DNA from: an uncultured Acidobacteriota bacterium
GTDB lineage: Bacteria > Acidobacteriota > Terriglobia > Acidiferrales > UBA7541
Direction: 5' to 3'
Assembly: GCA_963786485.1 (NCBI GenBank)
Contig: CAWAZN010000003.1
Coordinates: forward strand, 46,553-110,552
DNA length: 64,000 nucleotides
In this document: piece by piece, positions 40,915-51,232 of the stretch
Layout of the letters: the number at the start of each line of letters is the position of its first letter
Numbering within the stretch: the first letter of the stretch is position 1
The notes under the pieces: model-generated
Told to the model about the DNA's origin: nothing
The model's input: the letters and a program-made list of their open reading frames with translations, nothing else
Database searches by the model: none
Made by a program: the position numbers and the translations under genes

Positions 40915-40961
40915 TACCTAAAACCAGTCTGGATGCCGTGCAGTGGGTAGTTCGTCATCAC
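40675..40961 (-). pseudogene. Probable scrambled remnants of a solo Cas1 (casposase-like) gene
   Basis: AALAYWTAW..FPRVDLPRVPEHWRNFGSR and a frameshifted RYCRS..SRENVM/EAAKLGRLATHSPEAQARR segment; family match is from memory only. Confidence 0.45.
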
Positions 40962-41053
40962 GACGACCGCGACGAACTCTCACAAGATCATTGTTCGGAG
41001 TCAACGCATAACTCGCGATTCGCTCTCACACAAAATGAGATACTCTCTTCAAG

Positions 41054-41098
41054 GCCCGGACGGGTGAGCAAATGCCGTCCGGGTTTCGTTTTTTTTTC
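41054..41098 (+). terminator. Intrinsic terminator
   Basis: CCCGGACGG..CCGTCCGGG stem followed by a long T tract. Confidence 0.7.
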
Positions 41099-41131
41099 TT
41101 GACAAACCGAATAGGGTATTCGATTCTATAA
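41099..41131 (+). promoter_or_regulatory. Leaderless promoter with palindromic operator
   Basis: TTGACA, then CGAATA-GGG-TATTCG palindrome, then ATG at 41132 with no RBS. Confidence 0.55.
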
Positions 41132-41359
41132 ATGAAGACGTACTCGACTGCTAAGGTCATCAAGATTCTTGGGATCGGTGCAGAGACACTATATCGCTGG
41201 ATGCACGAAGGAAAGATCCCCACGCCTCCGGTGCAATCTCTCGCTGGCATGAAGGTTCGTCTTTGGTCGGAAGAGCATCTGGTCGAAGCAAAGAAATACA
41301 AGGCAGAGCATTACTGGGGAAAGGGCGGCCGTAAAAAGCGAAATAGGCCCAGTAAGTAG
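41132..41359 (+). CDS. MerR/Xis-type HTH DNA-binding protein
   Basis: YSTAKVIKILGIGAETLYRWMHEGKIP, RLWSEE. Confidence 0.8.
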   Translation: MKTYSTAKVIKILGIGAETLYRWMHEGKIPTPPVQSLAGMKVRLWSEEHLVEAKKYKAEHYWGKGGRKKRNRPSK

Positions 41360-41592
41360 AATTGCGGGGCGCGCTTGTGCTGTAACACCAGCGCACCCCT
41401 AACCAAAGTGCACGTCTGAGGTGCAACGATGGCTGCAAGAAAAGCTATATGTTTTGGTGAACACGCGCAACTTAGCGGTTCCTCGTCCGGGCGCGCTAGA
41501 TCCTATCCCACCCCCGCTCATCCCCCTCTGTGGCGGTACGCCTGCCTCCTCGCCGCTATTCGACTGGCCCTGCAATGCCGAGAGCCGCGGCA

Positions 41593-42039
41593 ATGAAGCT
41601 CCCCCTCTTTCAACAGATGGTCGACCTGAACCGCTCGTTTGACCAGGTAGCGGAAGGCTTGCAGTCTCTGCAGGAAGTACCATTTTTTCAGCGCGAGTTG
41701 ATCCGCCACGCCTTGTCTGACGTTGAGATCGCCCGGGTGTACGCCAACCGCGAGTTCTTCGACAACTTCGAGAAGATTGTCGAGGACGACGCTAGGTGGG
41801 CCTACCGCTTTCAACGCAAATTCAGTGAAAAACTGAAGGACCGGGACGACATTTACCTCGAAGTCAAAACTTCGGAAGAGCGCCGGAAACGCAAAGGACT
41901 TCCTCCACGTGTTCTCATCCTTCCCGAGTGGGACATGTCTGACGAAGACCGCTTCGACGAGCATCAGGCCAGACGGCAAACCAAGGCCCCGGCGAAGAAA
42001 CGCCTGACGCAACCACAATCGAAGGGAGTGCGCCGATGA
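41593..42039 (+). CDS. Hypothetical island-backbone protein
   Basis: First of three ORFs coupled by ATGA overlaps. Confidence 0.55.
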   Translation: MKLPLFQQMVDLNRSFDQVAEGLQSLQEVPFFQRELIRHALSDVEIARVYANREFFDNFEKIVEDDARWAYRFQRKFSEKLKDRDDIYLEVKTSEERRKRKGLPPRVLILPEWDMSDEDRFDEHQARRQTKAPAKKRLTQPQSKGVRR

Positions 42040-42308
42040 AGAAGTCGCTTCGCCCTTCCGCTGCCGTTCGCAAGTTCGCCCCTGGCCGCCACTACCGGGG
42101 CGTGCAAGGCAAGGTCGTGCAGTGGGTTGAGCACAGCTTCGAAGAAGGCCTGCTCTACATCCACGTTCGATTTACGGACAAGACCGAGCTCACCTGGCGA
42201 ATTGCCACCCGCATGACGATTGAGGAATCTGACCTTGCTGATTGGACCTCCGGCGACCTCAAACAGTTGCGAGTCTTTGTCCGGCACGAACGAGACAGGA
42301 GCATATGA
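42036..42308 (+). CDS. Hypothetical island-backbone protein
   Basis: RBS GGGAG; ATGA overlaps at both ends. Confidence 0.6.
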   Translation: MKKSLRPSAAVRKFAPGRHYRGVQGKVVQWVEHSFEEGLLYIHVRFTDKTELTWRIATRMTIEESDLADWTSGDLKQLRVFVRHERDRSI

Positions 42309-42571
42309 TGCACCGCAACGTCGCTCGTGCCTACGACTATTTGAAACGGGAACACGATCGAATCCGAGCAGCACACGTCAAAATCCTCGCTCAAAAAGAC
42401 CGACGCCTGGAGAGTCGCTTGTTCCGTGCGGACCTTGATAGCTCTCGGCACCTTGATGAAATGCTCCTCTATGAAGAACGCCTTTCTCGCCCGCAACGTC
42501 GGCGCGTTCTTGACCTGAATCGTTATGGTCGGAAACTTGAACGCATCATGACTGCGCTGTTGAGCCTATAG
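42305..42571 (+). CDS. Hypothetical island-backbone protein
   Basis: RBS AGGAG; ATGA overlap. Confidence 0.55.
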   Translation: MMHRNVARAYDYLKREHDRIRAAHVKILAQKDRRLESRLFRADLDSSRHLDEMLLYEERLSRPQRRRVLDLNRYGRKLERIMTALLSL

Positions 42572-43505
42572 AATCTGCGTCTCCCGATTTCAGCGACACA
42601 AATACGGCCATTTCCTCGGAATAGCTAGATAAGAGCGTTTTTGCTTTTCGGTCCGTAGCAGGCGAGTTGAAGGGAATTCTAAGGTTTGAAGACCTTTTCT
42701 CCCTTTGAGCGACACATTTTCCACTGAGAACACAGAATAGATATCTATAGAGGAAGATCTTGCTCCGATCTCTTCTATGGAGGTTCCAGAATGAACAGAC
42801 CGCCATTTCCCACCACTCTCTCCGCGAAGCGTACCCGCCGGCAGGGGCAGAACCTGACGAGCCTTGCCCCAGGCTCCAGAGCAGCAGTTCTGCTTCCGGT
42901 CATCCCTAGGATTCCCCAATCACAATCATGGATTTTGGTGAAGCGCACAGACGTTTCCGGTGAAGGTGGTCAGAATTTCATCCTGCACCACTTTCTTCTC
43001 GAAGTCCTTCACCCTCCTCGTCGGCCAAACCGAGGAAAGCGAATCCCGTTAGTAAATCGCGACGCAAGAAGGCACCGGAAAATAAACCACCAAAACGGGC
43101 GGGAGCGACCCCACTTTTCCGGCTTTCAGCCGCCCAAAAAGTTTTGGGGGTCGCTCCCGCCCACTTTGCCTCAATCCCGGATGTGTGAACGGCCGGAGGG
43201 TGCTTTAGGTGAACGCGTCATCGCATGTGCGGTTCACCTCAGCGTTCACCTCTACGTTCACTCTGCAACGGGTGTATCGCATTCAGTCCTAAAGCTTTCG
43301 TTCAATCCAGTGAGTGCCTCGCGCACATCGTCAAAACACCGAGTTGGGCTGGAGCGACCCCCACTTCGTTGCCACAGAACCGGCGGCGGTCGCTCCAGCC
43401 CAACCGATGTTCATCACTACAACGCGTACTACAGAACCATGCGCGGATGTACCGAATCTCGTATGACGGCCTCCATAGCAGGCCCACAGGAAGGAGAACC
43501 GAGAA

Positions 43506-43814
43506 ATGCCAGTCCTGAAAGCACCACCGAAACTAATTCGAAATGCGACGATTCAGGTCCGCGTTGAAGACGAAATCGACGCGAAACTCAGGAAGTATGC
43601 GGAGTTTATTGACGCTACTCCTGCATTTGTCGTCGCTGAATCACTCAAGATGCTCTTCAACAAAGATGCTGAGTTCCGTGAATGGCTTAGTCAGCATTCG
43701 GACCAATCTCCTGTGACAGTGCCAGAAAGACCCGCACAACAGGAAGCGCTTCAAGTCAAATCCAATGTGCGAACAATGTTCGACAGCCTGCCTCAGAAGG
43801 CATTGAGCAAATAA
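43506..43814 (+). CDS. Ribbon-helix-helix-like small protein
   Basis: RBS AAGGAG; TIQVRVEDEIDAKLRKYAEF beta-alpha-alpha pattern. Confidence 0.65.
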   Translation: MPVLKAPPKLIRNATIQVRVEDEIDAKLRKYAEFIDATPAFVVAESLKMLFNKDAEFREWLSQHSDQSPVTVPERPAQQEALQVKSNVRTMFDSLPQKALSK

Positions 43815-43866
43815 CAAAAGCAAACAGTTTTTATCTGTCCCCGCAATTCACAGAAAGGAACGAATC

Positions 43867-44088
43867 ATGGGAGTTTTTGCACAGCAGGAAAGCGTTGCAC
43901 CCGCCGAGCGTCACTATGCGGTCATCGAAGTGGCTGAGATGTGGCACCTGAGCCCCCTCGTGATCGGCTCGTTGATTCCCAATGATCGGCCAAAGCGTGA
44001 ATATGCTGTTCCAGAATCACCAGTTTTTGGAACTTTGAACATTCCATTCGTTCACAATTTTGGGATTCCAAAAATAGCCATTACCTGA
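43867..44088 (+). pseudogene. Degenerate HTH protein
   Basis: ERHYAVIEVAEMWHLS start, then the HTH pattern breaks off. Confidence 0.4.
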
Positions 44089-44097
44089 TCGCCGAAA

Positions 44098-44325
44098 ATG
44101 CTCACAACTAATACTGCTTCCCCGTCCGCTGCGCGCGGATTACTCGGCGTCGAAGATGTTGCTGAACTTCTGAAAGTGCCGGTGGGCTGGGTATACGAAC
44201 GTACTCGCCAGCGCGGAATAAATCGGCTGCCCGGTTTCCGTCTCGGCAAGTATTGGCGTTTTAGCGAAGCCGAGGTATTGGCCTGGCTTGAGCGTCAGCG
44301 CGTCGGAGGCCGCTCGAATGCTTGA
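44098..44325 (+). CDS. Excisionase (HTH_17-type)
   Basis: LLGVEDVAELLKVPVGWVY, LPGFRLGKYWRF; overlaps the integrase start. Confidence 0.88.
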   Translation: MLTTNTASPSAARGLLGVEDVAELLKVPVGWVYERTRQRGINRLPGFRLGKYWRFSEAEVLAWLERQRVGGRSNA

Positions 44326-45544
44326 CACGCGCAGTACACTTCCTTACGACACAGGGAAAAGCGGACGAGTCACGGATAGGAGCCCCGTGTCTAGACCGCG
44401 ATACCAACAAGGAAGTCTGAAGGCGATCGAAAAAAACTGCTGGATAATTCGCTGGCGCGAAGATGTGACGAACGAAGACGGAAGCGTTAGTCGCATACGC
44501 CATAAGCAAACCATCCGGCAAAAGAGCAAATCTCAAGCGCTCGAAATCCTGAGCGCGCGTTTGAGCGAAGTCAGGCAGCAACAGCGTCAGCCACACGCAA
44601 CCATTACGTTCGAGAAATTCATGCGGACAGAATGGAAGCCCAACGCGGCGCTGCGACTCAGAAAATCAAGCATGCGTATCTACAGCTTCAATCTGGACAA
44701 CCACATCCTTCCGACGATCGGCGCCGTCTCCTTGAGAGATGTAAACCGATCGCACATCGAAGCTGTGCTGTCCAAATTGCAGCTGAAGGGCCACGCCGTC
44801 TCGACGCTGCGCAGTGTTCGCGCTACGTTTTCGACGGTGCTCGAAGCAGCAGTCGGTCGACGGTATATCGTGGACAACCCAGCGCATCGTATTCGCATTC
44901 GCGAAGCGGATACAAAGCGCGAGCCTCGATTCTACCGGCCGGCCGAAGTTCGGAAGCTGCTCGGCAGGCTCGAGGATCCATGCCGCGCCGTGGTGCTCGT
45001 CGCAGTTTCAACCGGTCTCAGGATTGGAGAGATCCTGGGCTTGCGTTGGAAGCGCATCGACCTGCTTCGCGGAACCATCGAAGTAGCCGAAACCTTTTCG
45101 GATGGAGAATTCGGCCCTCCGAAGACGCGTAGCAGCTGTCGCACGATTCCGATCAGCACGTCTCTGGTCGAAGTCTTCACGCGACTCCGGCTCTCAGGTT
45201 GCGATCCTAAAACGCTGGTCTTCGCAACTTCGAAGGGCACTCCACTCAATTCAAAAAACCTGTACAACCGGGAATTGGCGCCGGCATCTGACGCGATCGA
45301 ACTGCCGCGGGTTTCCTGGCATTCGTTTCGTCATACGCATGCGACGCTCCTGCATGAGACCGGCGAGTCGATTAAGACAGCGCAGTCTTTGCTAGGGCAC
45401 TCTGATTTGGAGACAACTCTCGGTACGTACACCCACGTTGTTCCCGAGGCGCAGAAGCGAGCAGTCGAGCGCGTTGCGGGAGTTTTGGACCTGGATGGAC
45501 CCAGCTCCGCTCCGGTGGAAACTCCGGACGGATTTGTAAACTGA
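44318..45544 (+). CDS. Tyrosine integrase
   Basis: TGLRIGE, PKT, HSFRH, LGHS, TLGTY: complete R-K-HxxR-H-Y set. Confidence 0.95.
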   Translation: MLDTRSTLPYDTGKSGRVTDRSPVSRPRYQQGSLKAIEKNCWIIRWREDVTNEDGSVSRIRHKQTIRQKSKSQALEILSARLSEVRQQQRQPHATITFEKFMRTEWKPNAALRLRKSSMRIYSFNLDNHILPTIGAVSLRDVNRSHIEAVLSKLQLKGHAVSTLRSVRATFSTVLEAAVGRRYIVDNPAHRIRIREADTKREPRFYRPAEVRKLLGRLEDPCRAVVLVAVSTGLRIGEILGLRWKRIDLLRGTIEVAETFSDGEFGPPKTRSSCRTIPISTSLVEVFTRLRLSGCDPKTLVFATSKGTPLNSKNLYNRELAPASDAIELPRVSWHSFRHTHATLLHETGESIKTAQSLLGHSDLETTLGTYTHVVPEAQKRAVERVAGVLDLDGPSSAPVETPDGFVN

Positions 45545-45765
45545 TGAGAGTACGTTTGTTAGCGGGGAAATTTCCTGGTATGTATTGTTGATTTACAGCC
45601 GGGATACTTCCGTTCTCTATCGATAAGCGTTGCCCGATCAATAGCTTAGTTATTGTTGCATCGACCGTTTGAGCTGGCAGCGGTCAGATATTCTCAACTC
45701 TGTTTCGGGTGAAGTTCCGAGCGGGCGGTTAAACTGATGAAGCGAAGAGAATTAACAGAAGTTTA

Positions 45766-45840
<75 letters not shown>

Positions 45841-45914
45841 ACAATCCAACAATTTTACATGGCGTGGCGTTTTTTGTCGATTGCAGCAACGAACCACGTC
45901 GCACGCACGCCGCT

Positions 45915-46874
45915 CTATTTCTTGCGCAAATGCGCCGTCAAGATCGCCGCCACTTCCCTGGCTCGCGCAATATCCGTCGGATCAAACGAAATGGCCGAGA
46001 CGCGTTGATGCCCTCCGCCGCCGTACTGTTCCGCCAGGCTGGCCAGATTCGCATCGGCGTTCGCCAAATTCCAGGGATTCGTGCCTAGACTCACCTTCGC
46101 TCGCACCTTGGAAGCGCTCACGCTCACGGAATACACGCACTCTGGATGCAACAGATACGGAATGAATTTGTTGTAACCCTCCAGATCCAAATCGGCCACG
46201 TCGAAGAACACCACGCCATCGCGCGCATCGCATCGTTGTCGCAGAACCTCAATCGAGTCGCGATGTCGCTTTAGCAGCGGCCCCAAATGCTGCGCCACAA
46301 TCGGCAGTTGCACCATCTCTTTCAGCGGTCGATAGGCCAACTCTGGAATAATCCGCGCCGGCAATCCATCTTCCGGAGCCGCCTCAATCACCAGCGCCAG
46401 TTGCGTCGCTGGCTCTGCCATCTCTACCGCCGCTTCCGGCGAAGCGTATTGCGCCCCGTCGATGATGTCGCCCCAGTGAATCAATTCCGCCAGCGGAGAA
46501 ATGTCATAACCAAACTTTTCGTTGGCCACCGTGGCAATAAACTTTGTGCACGACTTAAACGTGGGGTCGTAATACATGTGCTTACCCGGACGCACACGAA
46601 ACTGTTCCGCATCCGCCGGCGTGAGAAAGGCACTCTGGTGATGATCGAACCACCACGTCAGTTTCGATGAGTTGGAAAACTTGAAATCGACGATCGCGTT
46701 TTCGTCTCCATCAAAAAGGTCCGGCTCCCAGGGCTGCTTGGCCTTGTGGGTCATCCCCGTAAATCCAAACTCCGCCTCGGAATCAAAATGTTCGCGATAA
46801 AAGCGATAAAAGGTTGCTGCTGAAGCGGTGCCGTCAAAGCAACGGTCGTGATAACACAGGCGGACGCGGGTCAT
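45915..46874 (-). CDS. DHH-family phosphoesterase
   Basis: CFDG, IVDF, FDHH, GGGGH. Confidence 0.88.
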   Translation of the reverse strand: MTRVRLCYHDRCFDGTASAATFYRFYREHFDSEAEFGFTGMTHKAKQPWEPDLFDGDENAIVDFKFSNSSKLTWWFDHHQSAFLTPADAEQFRVRPGKHMYYDPTFKSCTKFIATVANEKFGYDISPLAELIHWGDIIDGAQYASPEAAVEMAEPATQLALVIEAAPEDGLPARIIPELAYRPLKEMVQLPIVAQHLGPLLKRHRDSIEVLRQRCDARDGVVFFDVADLDLEGYNKFIPYLLHPECVYSVSVSASKVRAKVSLGTNPWNLANADANLASLAEQYGGGGHQRVSAISFDPTDIARAREVAAILTAHLRKK

Positions 46875-47065
46875 TAGCTGGCGCAGGAACCTTTCTGGTG
46901 GATTCATTGGCAAAAACGCCGCCAAGGAAGCTTCCTACGATGCGGTCAGGCCGCGCGAAAGTCAAGGGAATAGCCGCTCCGATCGGCCTGCGAAAGGAAG
47001 AGGGCGCCGCCTCGTCTGCCGTGCCCTCTTAAATTCTCTAATGTGCGATTTCCTTCGGGAAGACG

Positions 47066-47515
47066 CTATTTCGCAGCTATGCTCTCCGCAATCCCCGCCG
47101 CGATAGGCACCTTGAAAAGTTCGTGTTGGTACGCTTTCAGCATCAGCAATATCCACAAGACCAAAGTTGCAAGGCTGACGAGCCACAAGATCATTCCCCA
47201 CAAACCGAATCCAAAAAGTCCGCCGGTGGCCAGCATCATTCCTAACCCGATGCGCAAAACCGTCAGTCCCCCAAAAACAACGATAGATTGCGCCGCGTGA
47301 AACTTAACGAAGGGTCGTTTATCGATCAGCAGAAAAATAATCCCGCTTACCCAACCCACCACATAACATAGCAATCCCGCAACATTTTCTGCCAAGCCGT
47401 CGCTGCTGACCGCCACCGCAGGAGCCGAACTCGCCCCCTCTCCCTGTTTCGCTCCACATTTCGGACAAAACGCCGCACCGCTAACTTCAGCACCGCAAGA
47501 TGTGCAAAACGCCAT
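47066..47515 (-). CDS. Zinc-ribbon + DUF4870-type membrane protein
   Basis: FCTSCG..FCPKCG; ENVAGLLCY, VKFHAAQS. Confidence 0.8.
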   Translation of the reverse strand: MAFCTSCGAEVSGAAFCPKCGAKQGEGASSAPAVAVSSDGLAENVAGLLCYVVGWVSGIIFLLIDKRPFVKFHAAQSIVVFGGLTVLRIGLGMMLATGGLFGFGLWGMILWLVSLATLVLWILLMLKAYQHELFKVPIAAGIAESIAAK

Positions 47516-47607
47516 GAAGAGGCCTCCCTCGCTACAATGGCGCGCAGCGTAACAAATGCCTCGAACATCCGCAATGCTTATCAGTCTTCGACCCACGCAC
47601 CACAACT

Positions 47608-48450
47608 CTACGCCCGCGCCGCCGAGGATCGCGCGTCCGTACTCCCAGCACTCAACGTGAAGTGCGTCGCAAAAAATGGCGCCAACGCTAAGGTTTTCTG
47701 TAAGTCTTCATCATCCGAATATCGCCGTTTGGGTATTCGCCGCGCCAGGATGCTGATGTCCAACGGATCACGCCTGAACGGGTACGGGGTCAGCGTTACC
47801 GCCTGCCCGGATTGCGGACGCAACTCCCAATCCACTTCTTGTCCCGCTTCATTCGACGGCACTCCGTCGATCACCGCGTCCGCCAGCGGGCCCATGCAAA
47901 AATATAAGGACAAGCGATCCAGCGCATCCATCCGCTGCAGATTTATCTGCAACGCTTTGTCTTCCGAAAACATTTTGCGACGCGCATCCGCGCGCAAGTC
48001 CACTTTTAATCGCAACTGCTGCAAGCGCAGTCGCTGCACAAAATCTCCAACCACCTGCGTTTCATTTGACTTCACATATTTTGCGGAATAACCCGGCATA
48101 GTCGCCCGTGCGCGATCGTACAGTCCGGTAACATGCATAGTCGTCAGCAGTCCGGCGTACTGATCCACCTTCACGATGCGGTCGATTCCCCGTTTGTACA
48201 ATTCAATGTGATCAACGGTGGGGATAGACATGAAGCTGTACGGCGCAAACGTCGCATAGTCGATCTGCGGATGCAGTTCCCATTCGCTCCATCCGTTATC
48301 GTGCTCTGCGACAGCCAGCCGGAAAGAGTCGAAGGGTTCCGGCTTGGTAAAAAGTTCGTTGCCCCATTCGCGCGCGAAAAAACCCGCCAGAATAGCGTGA
48401 TCGGTCTGCCGGATGAGCGCCAGCTGTTGGCCCTGGTCCTGGATGATCAT
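47608..48450 (-). CDS. DUF3891-family protein
   Basis: IRQTDHA, EHDNGW, DRLSLYFC, PYPF. Confidence 0.78.
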   Translation of the reverse strand: MIIQDQGQQLALIRQTDHAILAGFFAREWGNELFTKPEPFDSFRLAVAEHDNGWSEWELHPQIDYATFAPYSFMSIPTVDHIELYKRGIDRIVKVDQYAGLLTTMHVTGLYDRARATMPGYSAKYVKSNETQVVGDFVQRLRLQQLRLKVDLRADARRKMFSEDKALQINLQRMDALDRLSLYFCMGPLADAVIDGVPSNEAGQEVDWELRPQSGQAVTLTPYPFRRDPLDISILARRIPKRRYSDDEDLQKTLALAPFFATHFTLSAGSTDARSSAARA

Positions 48451-48708
48451 GCGGCTGCCCTCGGGAGCAGCGGTTATTGTGTACTTCCCTGCGCGATTGC
48501 AGTCGACTGGGGAGAGCGCCGAGGCCACATCGCGGGAACGTTATTATGCGCCGGGTAAAGCCGCCCGTCCACCGCCTCGCACAACGTTCTTCGCGACTCT
48601 ACTTTACTTCAATGTTTTAGCGGGGATTCGTTACATTGAACCTGCGACAAGTGAGGACAGGCGGCCACTCTAAGACCCGAAAACGTGTCAAAAGTGTGCC
48701 GGAAGGAC

Positions 48709-48793
48709 TGGTGGGCCAAAGAGGATTTGAACCTCCACTCCGTGAGGAACACGCTCCTAAGGCGTGCGCGTCTGCCAGTTCCGCCATTGGCCC
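48709..48793 (-). tRNA. tRNA-Leu(TAG)
   Basis: 85-nt cloverleaf with long variable arm; CACGC-CTTAGGA-GCGTG anticodon arm; CCA end. Confidence 0.96.
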
Positions 48794-49435
48794 ACTTCCC
48801 TATCATAAAGGAAAGTTTCAGCCTGTCGCTATCGAAAGTAGTAAATGGTGACGCTAGAAAATTTGAACACGCCGGGCCGATGGGCCGTCTCCACGACGGG
48901 AACAAACCTGCAAGAGTCAGCAAGCGGGACTCTTTTGATTGCTGTTCTCGTCGGCTTGGCTGGCCTCGCTTTGAAGAGGTCACTTCAAATAATTGTGAAT
49001 CGGTGAAAGGGCGGCGAAGTTGCCGCTTTTTTGCTATTTGGCGGATTGGTTCCGCTCGATAAGTCACCGTGGATGACTTCGTTGGGCAAATGAGACGCGA
49101 GCTTGTTGACGGCTCCTACCCCAAATGTTATACCGTCTTGGTCGAGGCGTGTCGCGATGACCCATCCGCCCAATGTCTGCGCACACTGTGAAAATGCGCG
49201 AAACCCTGTCAGCAATCAGAATGGATATCGTTTCGCCTTCGAAATCGTGGAAAGTATCCCCATCGAATTCTGGTTGCACACTGACTGCGCGGAGCCGTGG
49301 TGCCGGGACTTTAACTTCTTCGCTGTCGTCGGTCTTCCTTTTGGTTCCGCGCATTCAGATGCGGGAACTAGGAATTGAGCCTCATTACTTCGCACTGAAG
49401 CGATCTTCCCATCCCTCTGCGACACCATCCATGCC

Positions 49436-49630
49436 CTAGTCCTCGCGATATGTCAGATCTGTCCGGTAATATAACCCGCGATGCCCACAATTCGGGCATT
49501 CCACCCTCACACCTTCAAATGCAATTTCCGGTTTCCGCGGATCAAGAAAATCCATCAACTTGTAGTTGTCGATCTTCGTATGCACGAATGGCACTTTGCA
49601 ATTGACGCAAGCAATGACCCAGGCAGTCAT
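49436..49630 (-). CDS. Small CxxC zinc-binding protein
   Basis: CVNC and CPNC pairs. Confidence 0.6.
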   Translation of the reverse strand: MTAWVIACVNCKVPFVHTKIDNYKLMDFLDPRKPEIAFEGVRVECPNCGHRGLYYRTDLTYRED

Positions 49631-49853
49631 AAAATATTTCCTGACTCCACGCTACGCTCGCGCGTCGGCGCGGCAATACCTAGGAATACGTACGTAGCCA
49701 AGGTCTAACTTTTGTGTTAACACTCATTTATGAAATCCTATTATTACTAGCCTTGACGCGGGCTTCGTCGCCAGCTCGATGAGAGACTCCTCCTCAACGA
49801 CAGTTAGTGGCTGTCCGCTGCCCCTGTGCCATCACTTTCCACGAGGAAATTGT

Positions 49854-50204
49854 ATGCGGACTACCCGCTTGGTTAACACCGCCGTCGCACTCGTTTCCCT
49901 ATTCCTGTTTTCTTGCGGAGCACGAAAAGCCCCCGAGCGCTTGACGGTGATTGCCTCAGAAAATTTTTCTGGCGAAATAAGAATCGTCACCTGCGACCCC
50001 AAAGCCGCATCGGACAGCATCGCCATCGATGCCAATGGTCATGGCCGCACCTCGCTCTGCTCTTCGTCTCCAGATTTAACCCTGCGCGTGGTTCGGGGAA
50101 AAAGCGTCGATGAGATTCCTGCAGTGACTGCGAAAACCGGTGACGATTTCGTGGTCAGCATCACCGCCGTCATCAAGCCGGCAAGCCCACCACAAAAACA
50201 ATGA
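49854..50204 (+). CDS. Hypothetical lipoprotein
   Basis: RBS GAGG; lipobox LFSC. Confidence 0.6.
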   Translation: MRTTRLVNTAVALVSLFLFSCGARKAPERLTVIASENFSGEIRIVTCDPKAASDSIAIDANGHGRTSLCSSSPDLTLRVVRGKSVDEIPAVTAKTGDDFVVSITAVIKPASPPQKQ

Positions 50205-50278
50205 ATGTTGGAATTTATTAGAGTTCGCCGGAGGCTGTCGTCGCCAACGAAAAAGCGACGTGCAGCGGACCAAATCAA

Positions 50279-50659
50279 CTAAAAATAAGTGTTTCCCTTA
50301 GCAAGAGCGTCCACGGCGTCCAGCAGCTTTTCCGAAGCCTGCGTTTTCGGCACATACCCTTGCACACCGATGCGGCGAAATGTTTCCAGCAAACTGACGC
50401 CCTCGTGCATGGAGAGAATCAGGATCGGAACGCCAGGCAGAATTTCCTTTATTTTCTCGGCCGCACTTATGCCGTTCAGCTCCGGCATGGTTAAATCCAG
50501 AATCACCAAGTCCGGACGCAGCTCTGCGGCCTTGCGGACGGCCTCCTCGCCATCTGCGGCTTCCCCGCAAACTTCCAGGTCTCGGCGCGTGGAGAGCACC
50601 GTCGCAACACCCTTCCGCACAATCTCGTGGTCATCGGCAATCAATATTCGCACTAACAC
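50279..50659 (-). CDS. Stand-alone response-regulator receiver domain (NarL-like)
   Basis: ILIADDH, VILDLTMP, ILSMH, YVPK. Confidence 0.88.
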   Translation of the reverse strand: MLVRILIADDHEIVRKGVATVLSTRRDLEVCGEAADGEEAVRKAAELRPDLVILDLTMPELNGISAAEKIKEILPGVPILILSMHEGVSLLETFRRIGVQGYVPKTQASEKLLDAVDALAKGNTYF

Positions 50660-51232
50660 GTTCCATTTCTGGAGGATACTGCAATGGTCGAAGGGACAAC
50701 TCGCTAGGGCCGCCAAGTCTGGACTTCTGAGCTTGCGCTAATTCCCTCTCAGCTTGAATACAGGATTCGCCTGATACCCCTGGCCCGCGCTTGTTTTAGT
50801 ATCAATGAGTTGCCAACGCTGGAGTTTTTCCATGAATACCGAATCCCCCCTTCTGCAAATACTGTTAACTAGAGGCCAAGCTAAAGCGCTGCTAGCCGCA
50901 AAACCTGCCGACGAAGAGCGCCACAGGCTCATGAATAAAATCGCGGCATGCGATGTGGCGTTAAATTTCCTGCGCGCCAATTCGGAAAGTGCCAGCCAGA
51001 TGCTGATGCGTATTTCTCCCGCGACTCCTGTCAATCAAGGCTCTGCCTCGCGCATCGCCTGAAGGCGGCCGTCAACTCCATCGGCTTCACTCGCTACGCC
51101 CTACTTCTGTTTTCATACCTTACTGGCAGTGTGCGCGCTGCGTTCGATTCACCAACGCGCGAGAAGCCGCCGTGCTAAAATCCGCCCGATTCATCCTAAT
51201 TCTTGATCAGCGCCTTCTTGATCGGAGTCCCG

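Noticed and set aside
48594-48708. Possible second island at tRNA-Leu (GTGTCAAAAGTGTGCC repeat)
   Set aside because: No integrase or duplicated tRNA end seen; at most a scar.
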